Source: Octopus sinensis
Lineage: Eukaryota
Length of the DNA stretch: 64,000 bases
NCBI RefSeq assembly: GCF_006345805.1
Contig: NC_042997.1
Coordinates: 207,700,001 to 207,764,000, forward strand
Direction of reading: 5' to 3'
Made by a program: the position numbers and the translations under genes. Under the pieces are notes generated by a model, which ran no database searches, was not told the DNA's origin, and worked only from the letters and a program-made list of their open reading frames with translations. Shown piece after piece: positions 36,610-49,770 of this stretch. Within the stretch, counting starts at the first letter, position 1, and each line of letters opens with the position of its first letter.

Positions 36610-37395
36610 TATACATGTGTGTGTGAAAGGCAGATTGTGTGTGAATGGCTATGCTACATGGCAGTGAAACATGGACTGTTACAGCTGAGGATATGCATAG
36701 GGTTGAAAGAAATGAAGCTTGTATGCTTCATTGGCTGTGCAATGTCCATGTGCATGTTCAACAGAGTGTAAACATCTTTAGAGAAAAGCTGGGTGTAAGA
36801 GGCATCAGATGTGGTGGTGCAAGAGAGAAGCCTGCACTGGTATGGTCATGTGATGCGTTTGGACAAGGACAGCTGTGTAAATGCTGGTTTCTAACTGTGG
36901 AGGGAACCTGTGGTAGAGGTAGACACGGGACGACGTTGTGAAGCATGATCTTCAAACTTTGGGCCTCACAGAGGTATTGACTAGTGATCAAGACCTTTGG
37001 CAATGTCCTGTGCTTGAGAGGACCTGTGAAGCCAAGTGAAATCATGGTCGTGGTTGATGCTGGTGTCACATAACTGGCACACGTGCCAACCTTTCAAATG
37101 TTGGGCCTCACAGAAGTAATGACAGAGTGCTTTGGCATTATGTCGTGCTTAAGAAGAAGAGCCATGAAGCCAAGTAAAATGGCAGTCGGGGCAGATACCA
37201 GTGTCGTGCAAATGGCACCCATGCTGGTGGCACGTAAAAGCACCCACTACACTCTTGGATTGGTTGGCATTAGGAAGGGCATCCAGCTGTAGACACCATG
37301 CCAGATCAGATTGGGGTCTGGTGCAGCCTTCCAGACCTGGTCAAACTGTCCAACCCATGCCAGCTTGGACAACAGATGCTAAATGATGATGATGA
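36610..37395 (+). mobile_element. Degenerate RTE 3' fragment and tail
   Basis: AMLHGSETWTVTAED motif, followed by the common tail ending (GAT)n. Confidence 0.85.
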
Positions 37396-37979
37396 TGATA
37401 ATATATATATCATCGCCATCATCTTCTTTGTCATTTAACAGCTTTTTTCCCTGCTGGCATGGGTTGGATGGTCTGACCAGGGCTAGCCAGAAAGAAGACC
37501 GCACCAAACATCTGTGTCTGTTTTGACATGGTTTTTATGGCTGGATGCTCTTCCCAACACCAACCACCCCACAGAGTGGATTGACTGCTTTTTATGTGAC
37601 ACCAGCGCAGGCAAGGTCAGTTTTGGCAAGGTTTCTACTGTTGGATGCCCTTCCAAACACCAACCACTTTACAGTGTGGAGTGGATGCTTTTTAAGTGGC
37701 ACCAGCACAGACAGGGTCACCAAGTACCTTGCAAGACAAGAATCCTTTGAGAGGAGAGGGGGCATTGCAGGAGGGGTTCTTGTGTCAGATGATAAAATGT
37801 TAGAGTGAGATGGAGAGATAGAAACATGTGCCTTGCTGAGGAGGAGGTACAAGGTTACCTGGCCTGAGAGATAGGGGAAGAGGGAGAGAGAGAGATAACA
37901 AGAAATAGAACAGAAACATGTGTACAGTTGTAAAGGAGAGTTGTTATACATATATATATTGCTATTTGTTTATTTTCAG

Positions 37980-38116
37980 ATACCCCATCACCAAACCCAT
38001 CCTTTCCTGGTTCACTACAGAAATTATCCTCCATGTTACCCAGAACTACTGTGACATCCAGAGAAAATGCTGGCATCAAAATACAACTATTGATTGATTC
38101 AATTTCTAATGCATCT
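37980..38116 (+). CDS. PARP14-like: Gene 2 exon 3: linker + first strands of macrodomain 1 (D TPSPNPSFPG...GIKIQLLIDSISNAS)
   Basis: tttattttcag|AT ... TCT|gtgagt; 137 nt, phase 1 to 0, open frame; paralogue at 50628. Confidence 0.85.
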
Positions 38117-38397
38117 GTGAGTAAATAGATTCATGTAACTTATTTATATTTAATTGTTATTTCATTTCCAAATGAGGAATCATTAAAGTTAATTAAAACA
38201 TTTTCTCAATCAAACTCAAACATTCTATTTCCTTCACATCTGATATCTTGAGTATATCTTTTGCTAACTTTAACAACCTCAAACTTACTACAGCCATTCT
38301 GTAGAGCCTTTCTTAACAACAATATCAACTGCAACAATGTATCTCTCTTCTCTCCACGGAATGTTCCTTAGTTGTTTACCATTAATTACTTTTCTAG

Positions 38398-38625
38398 GTT
38401 GATGTCATCGTTAACAGCAGCAATAAACAGCTCCAGCTTCAGAGAGGTGCTGTCTCCAAATTTATTCTCAATGCTGCTGGTTCAGAGATACAAAGCGAAT
38501 GTAACCAGAAATATCCTCGAGGTATTTCTGCATCTGAAATAGCCATCACTAAAGGATACAACCTCAAGTGTAAGAATGTATTTCATCTGGCATTACGCTT
38601 TTGGAATGACGATTCCCCCGATTCA
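38398..38625 (+). CDS. PARP14-like: Gene 2 exon 4: macrodomain 1 core (VDVIVNSSNKQLQLQRGAVSKFILNAAG...GYNLKCKNVFH...)
   Basis: ttttctag|GTT ... TCA|gtaagt; 228 nt, phase 0-0. DVIVNS, G.VSK.IL.AAG and G.NL.CK.V.H are macrodomain motifs. Confidence 0.93.
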
Positions 38626-39354
38626 GTAAGTATCAATCATATGATATTGTTTTATTGAAAGAGTTGTTGTACAACCCTAGGTAATCATTGATCCAGCATC
38701 CCTGTGGCATGAATGGAATTGTCCATAAAACTATGCACAATCCACAGATATGTTTTTCCAGTCATACAACACCTCCGTCTGCTTCAAGACAGTAGCATGT
38801 ACTTTGATCTCCAGTGATGTACAGTTTGGGCTACAGTGTGACAGTCTGGTGTTGTGGTATTCTGTACAGTTTCCAAAGCATGGATTCTGGTTGTTTGAAA
38901 TTGATGTAGACTCTATTGTAGATATTCCCTGAACATTTCGACTCAACCATAGTCTCTTGTGTGCAGTGGAGAGTCTTTTGTGCCTGTGGCACCCTGCCTT
39001 GTGGGTGGTTTTGTTGCTTCTTGCAGTATGTTCTCACCCAGATTTCCCTCTTGTAAATAATAATTAATCTCCCCTCTTCCATATTACTGTTTTTTTTTTT
39101 TTTGTTAATTACAAAATTCCACCTGAATTACACTGTGCAACCACCAAATCTTGGAACATTTCTCTTTCCATTCATGGCATCCATATCGTCACTCAGATCA
39201 GACTTTCTGCTATCACATGATCTGTGTTGATCCTTCTGTCACATGATCTGTGTTAATCCAATGACCACATGATCTGTTAATCCAATAATCACTAGAAGTT
39301 GTTTAATGTTATTCAAATCTGTAAAACATTTCTGTTTAGAACAACAAAATCATC

Positions 39355-40470
39355 ATCATATTTTAACGTCTGCTTTCCATGCTGGCATGGGTTGGACATT
39401 TTAACTGGGGGATGATAAGCTGAGGAGCTGCACCAGGTTCCAGTCTGATTTGGCATGGTTTCTACAGCTGGATGTTCTTGCTAACGCTAACCATTCCAGG
39501 AGTGTAATGGGTACCTTTACATACCACCAGTATGGGCGCCATTCACATGAGACCGACCACAGCCACAACTATGATTCGTGGATAGGTGCAATTTACATGG
39601 CACCGACAGTGACTATGACCACAATGCATAGGTGCCATTTGCATGGCATCACCATTGGTCATGATTCCCACGTGCCAATTTACATGGCACCATCAATGAG
39701 CACAAGTATGATGCATGGGTGTTATGTATATGGCAGTGACCACGATGACCATTCACAGCTAGCCTTTACATGACACTGGCATGGCTTCAGCTACGATTCC
39801 ACTAGACCTGATTAGTCCCCTCACACACAGTATATTGCCAAAAGTCTTGGTCAGTAGTGATTGCCTCTGTGAGGCCAAACATTCAAAGGTCATGCTTCAC
39901 CACCTCATCCCATGTTTTCCTGGGTCTTCCACAGGTTCCCTCCAAAGTTAGATATCATCACTTCTTCACACAGCCGTCCCTGTCCGTGCACATCACATAC
40001 CAATGCAGTTGTGTCTCTTGCACCACCACCACATCTGATGCCTCTTATGGCCATTTTTTTCTCTCGACTCTCATGACACTTACTCTCTGTTGTACACGCA
40101 CAATGGCATTGCACATCCAGTGTAGCACACTAACTTCATGGTCTTTTGTTACCAGCAGAAGTAGAAGCTCTCTGCACTTTGCCTGGCCTCGTCTATTCTA
40201 GTAGCTATTCTTTCAGAGCATCCACCTCCGCTACTACTTGGTCACCTAGATAATAGGAGCTATCAACTACTTCTAACTTTCCCCACTGTCACTTGATGGA
40301 GTCTCTTTTCTGTACATTTCTACTGTTTATTACACCTTCCACACACAAAATATTTTCCCAGTTAACTTTCCTCTGATACTCTGCCCCTCTTATGTGTCCA
40401 TAGCTTAGACTGGGTACATCTTATGGATTTCTCCCTACGCCTTTTCTACAGATCGAGCAGGGCCATCTAA
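39355..40470 (-). mobile_element. RTE 3' fragment inserted into intron 4 after the macro-module duplication
   Basis: RTE motifs and tail on the minus strand; absent from the paralogous intron 51277-52102. Confidence 0.8.
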
Positions 40471-40574
40471 CTGAAGGGGGATTATATTTAATACAACTTA
40501 ATGATTCCTTCCTGTAGTAAGAAAATAATTTAATAAAATGTTTCATTATCAATTACTAACAATTATTTTTATAG

Positions 40575-40797
40575 ATTTTAGCAAACTGACTCAAATAATA
40601 ACCAATTGTCTAAAAACTGCTGAGAGAATGGGAGCAAAAAGCCTGGCATTTCCTATATTAGGGACTGGAAAAATGAGGTACCCCATTGAAGAACTACCTG
40701 AATTATGTATGAAGCAGTGAAACTACTCAAATCAAATTCAAGCCAGATCAAAGACGTTTTACTTTTGGTTATTCCTACAGAGACAAAAATAATAAAG
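40575..40797 (+). CDS. PARP14-like: Gene 2 exon 5: macrodomain 1 C-terminal part (SLAFPILGTGKMRYP), 5 nt short and frameshifted in this sequence
   Basis: tttttatag|ATT ... AAG|gttggt; AFP.LGTG motif. 223 nt versus the 228 expected; four small deletions in base runs relative to 52103-52331. Confidence 0.85.
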
Positions 40798-40974
40798 GTT
40801 GGTTGCTGTATTTGTTGTTTTATGTTGAAATTTTTAGAATTTACAAAAAATGTATTTTGAAATACACAAGGAAATAGAAAACAAAATAAAACATGGAATT
40901 ATCATCATCATCATCATTTAACATCTGGTTTCCATGCTGGCATGGGTTGGACATTTTAACAGCACTAAAGGAAA

Positions 40975-43510
40975 AAATTTGCCAATGTTTTGCGTAGTGA
41001 GGACCAAAGACTTGAGGTGCTCCATGTTGGCAAGACAGTGTGTGAGAGAGAATCGTGATATCATAGAGAGAAATGTGTCTGCATGGAGGATGGCTCACTT
41101 GCATTTAATGATGCTGCAAAGAGAGAGACTTGGTGACATCACTATGAAAGGTTGCCAAATGAAGAGAATGAATGGGAGAAAGAGAGTCTGCCAAATGTCG
41201 ACCCACATAGGGACCAGCTATCTAAATTTACAGTACCTTGGTAATAAAGCAATTAAGGGTATGAAGACAGGGAAAGCCCAGACCCATCAGGAATCACTGC
41301 AGAGGTGCTTAAAATATCTGGCGGTAGGCTATAGTCTAGTCACTTGTATAGTCAATGAGGTGATACATGAAGAGTCATACCAGTGACTGGTGTAGCAGCA
41401 CCATAGTCAACTGCTACAAAGGTAAGGTGATGCATTAGATACTATAATTATTACAGATCAAGTTGTTGATCAAGTATGAAAATCACAGAGAGGGTTGTAG
41501 CCCCAACTAATTAGGGAGAGAGTCAGTTTTAGACAAGATACAGTTTGGGTTGTGCCGTGGAAAAGCACCACTGATGCTATATTTCTGGTAGAGACAGCTG
41601 CAAGAGAAATACCTAGCCAAAGATAACCTCTGTACCTGCTTTTGTGATATGGAGAAAGCCTTTGACAGGGTGCCCCCATCCTTTATCTGGTGGTCAATGA
41701 GGAACTAGGGATAGATGAATGGTTAGTGAGAGCTGTGCAAGCCATGTACAGGGATGCTGTCTGTAAGATAAGGGTCGCAATGAGTCTAGTGAAGAATCCA
41801 GGTAGAAGTAAGAGGTTCACTAAGGATTGGTCTTCAGGCCCCTTTCATAGTCGTCCAGACAATAAAAGAGGAATTCAAGACAGTCTGCCCTTGGGAGCTT
41901 CTCTATGCTGATGACCTTGCTCTAATAGCTGAGTCACTACCAGAACTAGAGAAGACATTTCAGGTGCGGAAGCAAGGTCTAAAAATTGAAGGGCCTTAGA
42001 GTCGATCTAGCAAAAACCAAAGCCTTAGTAAGAAGGCAGACATCCCATAAATCCCTTCAGATAGATGGCCCTGCTCAATTTGTAGGAAATGTGTAGATAG
42101 AAACTCCATAAGATGTACCCGGTATAAGATATAGACACATGAGAGAAGCAGCAATATCAAAGGGGTGGGGCTAACTGGGAAGATAGTTTTTGTGTGTGGC
42201 AGATGCTCAGGAGCAATAAACACTGAAGATGTGCAGAAAACAATTTACATCACATTCCAGGGTGAAAAACTAGAAGTAGTTGATAGCTTCTGTTACCTAG
42301 GTGACCAACCCAGTAGTAGGGGGTGAATGCTCTGAGAGCATAACTGTTAGAATAAGCATAAACCAGGCAAAGTTCAGAAAGCTCCTACCTCTGCTGGTAA
42401 CAAAGGGCCTCTCACTCAGAGTGAAAGGCAGACTGTATGACGCATGTGTATGAACAGCGATGCTACATGGGATGTGACTGCTGAGGACATGCGTAAGCTT
42501 GCAATAAATGAAGGTTGTATGCTCCACTGGATGTGTAATGTCAGTGTGCATACACAACAGAGTGTAAGTGGCCTAAGAGAAGAGTTGGACTTAAGAAGCA
42601 TCAGATGTGGTGTGCAAGAGAGACGACTGGTATGGTCATGAGACACTAATAGATGAGGTCAGTTGTGTGAAAAAGTGTCACACTCTAACAGTGGAGGGAA
42701 CCTGTGGAAGTAGTAGACCCAGGAAGACCTGAGATGAGGTGGTGAAGCACAACCATCAAACGTTGGGCCTCACGGAGGTGATGACAAGTGACCGAGACCT
42801 TTGGACATATGCTATGCTTGAGAAGACCAGGCAAGCCAAGTGAGACTGTAACCGTGGCCTATGCCAGTGCAGCATAACCAGCCCATTTAAGAGTACCCTT
42901 CAATCATTGGGCAATAAACTGTGTTTGAGAAGACCTGTTGAAGTAAGCGAAATCGTTGTCGTGGCCAATGACAGTGCTGCCTGATTTGCACCCATGCTGG
43001 TGGCACATTAGAAGCACCATTCGAGCGTGATTATGGCCAGTGCCACCTCACTGGCTCCTGTGCTGGTAGCACATAAAAAGCATCATTCGAGTGTAGTCGA
43101 TGTCACTGCCGGCTGACTGGTCCCGTACAAGTGGCACATTAAAAGCACCATCCGAGCGTGGTTGTTGCCAGTGCTGCCTCACTGGCTCATGTGCCAGTGG
43201 AATGTAAAAAGCACCATTCAAGAGTGGTCGATTCCAGTACTGCCTGACTGGCTCCAGTGATGGTAGCGTGTAAAAAGCACCATTCGAGAGTGGTTGTTGC
43301 CAGTGCCACCTGACTTGTCCACGTGCCAGTGGCACTTAAATAGCACCTATTACACTCTCAGAGTGGTTGGCATTAGGAAGGGCATCCAGCTGTAGAAACT
43401 TTGCCAGATCAGATTGGAACTTGGTACAGCCTTTTGGCTTGCCAGCCCTGAGTCAAACCGTCCAACCCATGGCAGCATGGAAAGCGGATGTTAAACAACA
43501 ACGATGATGA
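40975..43510 (+). mobile_element. 5'-truncated degenerate RTE LINE with repeat-rich 3' UTR
   Basis: RT motifs and tail with ~6 internal repeats; central part nearly identical to 16330-17270. Confidence 0.92.
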
Positions 43511-43519
43511 TAAAGCAGT

Positions 43520-43720
43520 GGACCATGTTCAGCAAAGAACTCCAATGTGCCTCATCCTTGCCACACAGCTTCAAATCATCCATGAAGAAGAAGTGGTTGA
43601 CTGTTTGAGATTTTCCCTTTAGTTGAAAGCCCAGGTTCATTTTCCTGAGTGCCAAGGTCAGAGGGATCATACAAAGAACAAAATACAACAGAGATCAGCT
43701 ATTGCCTTGGAAAACCCTCT
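43520..43720 (-). mobile_element. R4/Dong RT fragment
   Basis: FVLCMIPL..LRKMNLGFQL..NHFFFMDDLKL (RT motif 5). Confidence 0.7.
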
Positions 43721-45492
43721 TCTGGTGCCCAGAGGGCCCGGGTTTTTTTTTTCCATAGGATGTCGAATCAGTTTTCCGACTCTCTTCAGAAAACATGTTA
43801 GATTCTTGCAATTCCAAACAAATCTAAGCACTTGATGATCCACATTATTATTATTATTATTATTATTATTTATTAATATTATCATTATCATTATTTCAGA
43901 GACAGATTTAGAAAAAATACAATAAATGTAGCAAAAACATACTGTAGTATCATCACCATCATCATCATCATAGCATCTACTTTTCTGTGCTTGCATGGGT
44001 TGGATGGAATTTGTTGAGGTGGATTTTCTATGGCTTGATGCCTTTGCTGTCACCAACCCTCACCTCGTTCCAAGGGAGGTAACTATTTCCCCATTTTACA
44101 AAATATTAGAAACAAAGGACACTGCTTGCATAACAGGGGCACTCGCCTACAACTATCACACAATGTCAAAGCAGAGAAAAACACTTGCACACATATGTAC
44201 GACAGGCTTCTTTCAGTTTCTGCTTACCAGACCCATTCACTGGGCTTTGTTTGGCCTAAGGCTGTAGTCGAAGAGACTTGTCCAAGGTGCCATACATTGA
44301 GACTGAACCTAAATCAGGGCAATTAAAAACAATAGCAACAGATGCATTATTAACACCAAATGGCAATCTTTATATCCAACAAAATGTGGATGCTGTTATT
44401 TACTGTGTTATTTACCTTGAGAGGAGCTTTCCTATGAACACATGGTGCATAAAAGCACTCACATTTATATTGTTGGCAGATGACAATCATCTGTCTACTG
44501 GCACCAGAACTGCCAGATCATGTATTTTCACTCTGCCTGGGTCCATCAGTGACAGACATCCAACAGCGACACCATAGCTGAATCTCACTGTCAACGATAT
44601 ATATACACTTTCACGTCATTTCAGAATATTCATGTTGCAAATAGCCAGAAGACTTATTAGAGGTAATTAATAGTTAGAAGGTTTATTAGAAATAACTGAT
44701 AGCCAGAAGGCTTATTAAAGATGCCCCAGCATGGCCACGGTCTTCGGGCTAAAACATTTTTAAGGATTTAAGGATTTTAAGCCAGAAAGTCTATTAGAAA
44801 TAATAATGATAGAAGCAGTATTAATACCAAAATATAATCTTTATGTCTTTCCACTGTAACAAAAAGATGAAGGAAATTTCTGTCCACTGTCGAACTGTTT
44901 GTGAACCTTTTCCTCTTTGAATCTTTTCTCTTTTCTTTGTCATGAAGGACCACGGTCTGAATTGTCAGGTTTCCTCTCATTCTTCCTTACAATGTCAAAA
45001 TAATTACCTTGTACTCCTGTTTGTTCCTGAAATAGTTTTGGACAAACAGGATGTAACAAGAAAAACCCCAAATTCAACATTCTTGATAGACATTTTGACT
45101 GCAAACACAAGATCCAACAGATCTAACCATGATGGTAACTGGACAGGAAAAACAGTGGAACTTCAGCTACATGAAGACACCGTTACCACATGTTTAACTG
45201 CAATGACACCACATTGGTGGCCATGTAAAGTGTGGGAGGTTTTTCTGCTGCATTCACTCTGTTACCATATAGACATAGGTCTCACATCTCCCAGAAGACA
45301 GGAAGGCCATGGATGGAATATCTTTGATCTGAGTGATAAAGTAATTTTCCTCATTTCCTTATTACAGAATAGAAATAACTCATTAAATATTTCAAATATT
45401 TTGTTTGTCTTTTGTTAAATTAAATCTATTCTTTGTGCAAAAATGGGAAAATAAAACATAAAAATGATTCTCATTGTTATTTGTTTTCACAG

Positions 45493-45544
45493 ATATTTAC
45501 TGAATATCTAAATAGACAGAAAAATGAAGGATTTCATTCAAAAG
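45493..45544 (+). CDS. PARP14-like: Gene 2 exon 6: last helix of macrodomain 1 (IFTEYLNRQKNEGFHSK)
   Basis: gttttcacag|ATA ... AAG|gtaaac; 52 nt, phase 0 to 1; fits between exons 5 and 7; homologous to 55146-55200. Confidence 0.75.
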
Positions 45545-45800
45545 GTAAACAATTTGTTTGTTAATATTGAATATTATGGTGCTTTGTTGTGTCTTCTCAA
45601 CTGAACATCCCTGATTATTATTATTGTTGTTGTTGTTGTTATTATTCAGTTGTTTTGTTTTTATGGCATGCTTTTACTTCACAACCGAGTGCAGCTCTGT
45701 GTGCCTTAGTTACGTGCAGTAGTTTACTGTGATGCTCTGATGGTTACTGTATTGAAAGTGTTTTGCGTAGGATGCGTGCAGTGCCCAGTAATGATGATGA

Positions 45801-45853
<53 letters not shown>

Positions 45854-45857
<4 letters not shown>

Positions 45858-46221
45858 ATTGAAGAAATGGAGTTGAACGAAGATTGAACAGAAATCGTTT
45901 TATTGCATTCTACACGTGTTTCGAAAGGCACAATTTACCAAATTCCGATTGAATAAGGAGACCATATTGTGTCTTTCTCTTCAGGAAGAAATAGGAAATC
46001 CGTTGGAAAAAACAAAAACAGAACAGAGGCGGAGCAAAACAAATTGCCTCTGTTCTGTTTTTGTTTTTTCCAACGGATTTCCTATTTCTTCCTGAAGAGA
46101 AAGACACAATATGGTCTCCTTATTCAATCAGAATTTGGTAAATTGTGCCTTTCGAACACATGTAGAATGCAATAAAACGATTTCTGTTCAATCTTCGTTC
46201 AACTCCATTTCTTCAATTCAC
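45854..46221. mobile_element. Hairpin MITE, ~177-bp arms with 15-nt loop, TA target duplication
   Basis: TA|GTGAATTG...CAATTCAC|TA; arms differ by 2 substitutions and 1 indel; loop 46031-46045. Confidence 0.9.
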
Positions 46222-46382
46222 TAATAATATTAAAATTCAATTATCCGCACCAATGCACGGTTGCAACACCATAGGGTTGTACCTCCAACCGTGCTGTCTT
46301 CTGCTGTGATTTTTGCTACCAAGGTATCGGTTAAACATTTGATTAATCTGCAACAAGATTATTCATCTTTCTATTTCACAAA

Positions 46383-46409
<27 letters not shown>

Positions 46410-46416
<7 letters not shown>

Positions 46417-47598
46417 CAAAGGAAGGCTCACTAGGAAGATAGTTTTTGTATGTGGCAGATGCTCAGGAACAATAAACACTGAGAATGTGCAGAGAACAAT
46501 TTCAGCCACATTCCAGGGAGAAAAACTAGAAGTAGTTGATAGTTTCCATTACCTAAGTGACCAAGTCAGTAGCAGGGGAGGGTGCGCTGTAAGTATAGCT
46601 GCTAGAATAAGAATAGTTTGGGCAAAGTTCAGAGAGCTCTTACCTCTGCCGGTGACAAAAGGCCTCTTGCTCAGAGTAAAAGGCAGACTGTATGACGCAT
46701 GTGTACGAGCAGCCATGCTACATGGCAGTGAAACATGGGCTGTGACTGCTGAGGATATGCGTAAGCTCACAAGAAATGAAGCCAGTATGCTCCGATGGAT
46801 GTGTAATGTCAGTGTTCATAGTCGACAGAGTGTAAGTACCTTGAGAGAAAAGTTGGACCTAAGAAGCATCAGATGTGGTGTGCAAGAGAGACGACTGCGC
46901 TGGTATGGTCATGTGACGAGAATGGATTGATGATAGTGGTGTGAAAAAGTGCCACACCCTAGCGGTTGAGGGAACCTGTGGAAGAGGTAGACCCAGGAAA
47001 ACCTGGGATGAGGTGGTGAAGCACTACCTTCGAACTTTAGGTCTCACTGAGGAAATGACTAGAGACCGAGTCCTTTGGAAGTATGCTGTGCGTGAGAAGA
47101 TCCGGCAGGACAAGTGAGACCAAAACCTGTGGCCTCTACCTGGGATGTAGCCAGTCCACTTATGCATACCTTTCCTTCTTGGGACACAAAACTCTATTTG
47201 TGAAGACCTGTTGAGGCAAGTGAAAATCAAAATCAAAATCGATCAACATCAATGGAAATTGTAGCTATGATACCAGTGGCGGTGGCACGTATGTGAGCCA
47301 TCCAAATGTGGCTGTTGCCAGCGCTGCTCCGAATGGCCTCCATGCCGGTGGCACGTAAAAAGCAGCATCCGATCATGGCTGTTTGCCAGCCCCGACTGGC
47401 ACCTGTGCCGGTGGCACGTAAAAAGCACCCACTACACTCACGGAGTGGTTGGCATTAGGAAGGGCATCCAGCCGTAGAAACACTGTTAGATCAGACTGGG
47501 CCTGGTGCAGCCTTCTGGCTTCCCAGGCCCCAGTTGAATCGTCCAACCCATGCTAGCATGGAAAGCGGATGCTAAACGATGATGATGATGATGATGAT
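46410..47598 (+). mobile_element. 5'-truncated RTE LINE with tail
   Basis: ORF 46403-46930 (KGRLYDACVR, LHGSETW, RLRWYGHV); starts in a (TA)/(TG) tract. Confidence 0.92.
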
Positions 47599-47849
47599 AT
47601 ATATATATATATACATACACATATATACACAGGTGCAGCTGTATAGTAAGACGTTTGCCTCTCAACCCCATGATTCATGATTTCCGCTTCAGACCCACTG
47701 CCTGGCACCTTGGGCAAGTATCTTCTACTATAAACTGGAGCTGGGCAAAACCTAACCAGTGGATCTAGTAGACGGAAAGTGATAGAGCCCCATCAAATAG
47801 ATGTCCCTCTAACTTAGTGGTTCAGTAAAAGAGAGCAATAGAGTCTCTG

Positions 47850-49770
47850 GCTGCCAAAAGTATTCTTTCTTTACAACACAATTCTTCAGCTCCAGTATCA
47901 CAGTACCAACAGTGTCTTCTGCACCTCGTATTCCTCTGCCACCTTCCTTTCTTGGCAGACAGAATTGACTGGTATTACCTTGATGATGGAGTGCATTGTG
48001 CTTTCTGGTACCTGCATATCAGAAAGGAGCAAAATGTCTCAGTATTGGTATTGCCCATATAGAATTGCCTTTAATGATGTTCTCTCCAATTCATCTTCCT
48101 AACTCTCCTTTTCTTCCCTTTAGTAGCTTTCTTTCTAATTTCCCCTTCCATTATCTTATCATCTTGCACCATTCCTGGGTATTTGTATCCCTTATTTATA
48201 TCATCACCATCATTATTATTATTTTTCTTCTTTCGATTTTCTTTCCATTTCTTGCCAATGTCTTCCCAACACCTAGGGCAAAGCAACTCTCTCTACACAT
48301 TGGTAAGTCATTAAAATAAACACACCAGATTGTTCAGTTTGATGTATTTCCGATACCTGGATCACCAAATCTTGGTATTTGTCTGCCTTCCTTCCCTCGG
48401 CCAGTTCAACATTCTGGTCAGCAGGAACAGCAATGTTTATCATGACCCATCCATGTTTGTCTCTGTGTATAATTGTGATATTTGGGTGAATATGCTCCAC
48501 ATGCCTCTCAGTAAATTTGCTCGTGGCTCACAAGAGCTTCACTTATTATTATTGTTGTTGTTGTCGTTGTTATCATCATCATCGTTATAACTCCTTTCTG
48601 TTTGCTCTGCCAAGCAAACATTCTTTCTGGTAGAATCAGGACATTCCTCTTGATATCCAACAGCTTTCACCAACCATTCTAATTTCTTGCCTCCCTCAGG
48701 TTCCAATTATAATTGGGAAAAAAAACTTTATGGCAGTTCCAAATATTTTAGGCCATGTTATTCCTTTATTCTCTCACATTCTTTGTCTACCATTCCTGTT
48801 CCAAACAGTCAAGCATCATCAATTAAACAACACACTTGTTCCTCCTTATTGAGTGCAACAATACCTGGGGGTTTCCATAGTGTTTCATATCTAACAGTAC
48901 CTTCAGATGGCCATCTCCAAGGATGTGTTCCGTTTTATGGCCATACTATTTTCCCACATGTTCAAATCCAGAATTTCTTACAGATTTGCCAATGTGTGGT
49001 TGTAACAGTCTTGTCATGTCTCCAGTTATTAGAAACCCCCTGAGCAGGCACTTTACATTCAGGGACGACATCTGCAGCCATCACTTTCACCACACACTCT
49101 CTACATTTAGTTGAGATGTCTTCCTGATGTATCTTATTCTGTTTGTTGATCTTGCACAGATAGGATGAAAAAAACCCCTGTCTCTTTCTTCAAAATTCCT
49201 TTCTTTATTCCCTGAAATGACTTCTCATCTCAATATCCTTCAGATTTTTAATAAACATTTCTTGTTCCAAAAGCTTCGCTTCTTTTTCCTCTTCTTCCAG
49301 TCACACCTTTTCCGCTCTTACTGCTATCAACATCACCACAACACTCTCAACAACATACTCCCTTACAAATCTCTTTCTCCATTTCCATACAGTCTTCTCC
49401 CTCCATTCTTTCTCTTGAAATATAAATCTTTGACTGTGTAGAATGTCAGCAGGTTCCTTGTTTTCCCATCTCTGTTCTCAAGGTCTTCCATTTCCCATCT
49501 AATTATTCCATCACAGTTTATGATGATGGCTACTTCGCTTGTGTTTATGACAGTAATGGTATATACATGCCAGTGAGTTTGGATTTCAATATACTCTTTA
49601 TCCTTTGGAAATATTCTCCCCTGAATGAAAGAAGAAAAAAAATCCAGAAAAAATTGATAAAATGCAAGAAATAAAGACATATGGAGCAAACAGGAAGTCA
49701 TTTCACAGAAAGTTCTTTCTGAAATAAGACTAAACTTTGTTTCTTGCACCGAAGATTGCTTGCTTCCAGT
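47850..49770 (-). mobile_element. Degenerate R4/Dong LINE (RT thumb, CCHC finger, RLE)
   Basis: Minus frames LPRKEGGRG, HDKTV...HWQICK and HPNITII...INIAVPADQNV...KADKYQDL (PD..D..K-type RLE). The order of pieces suggests rearrangement. Confidence 0.7.
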
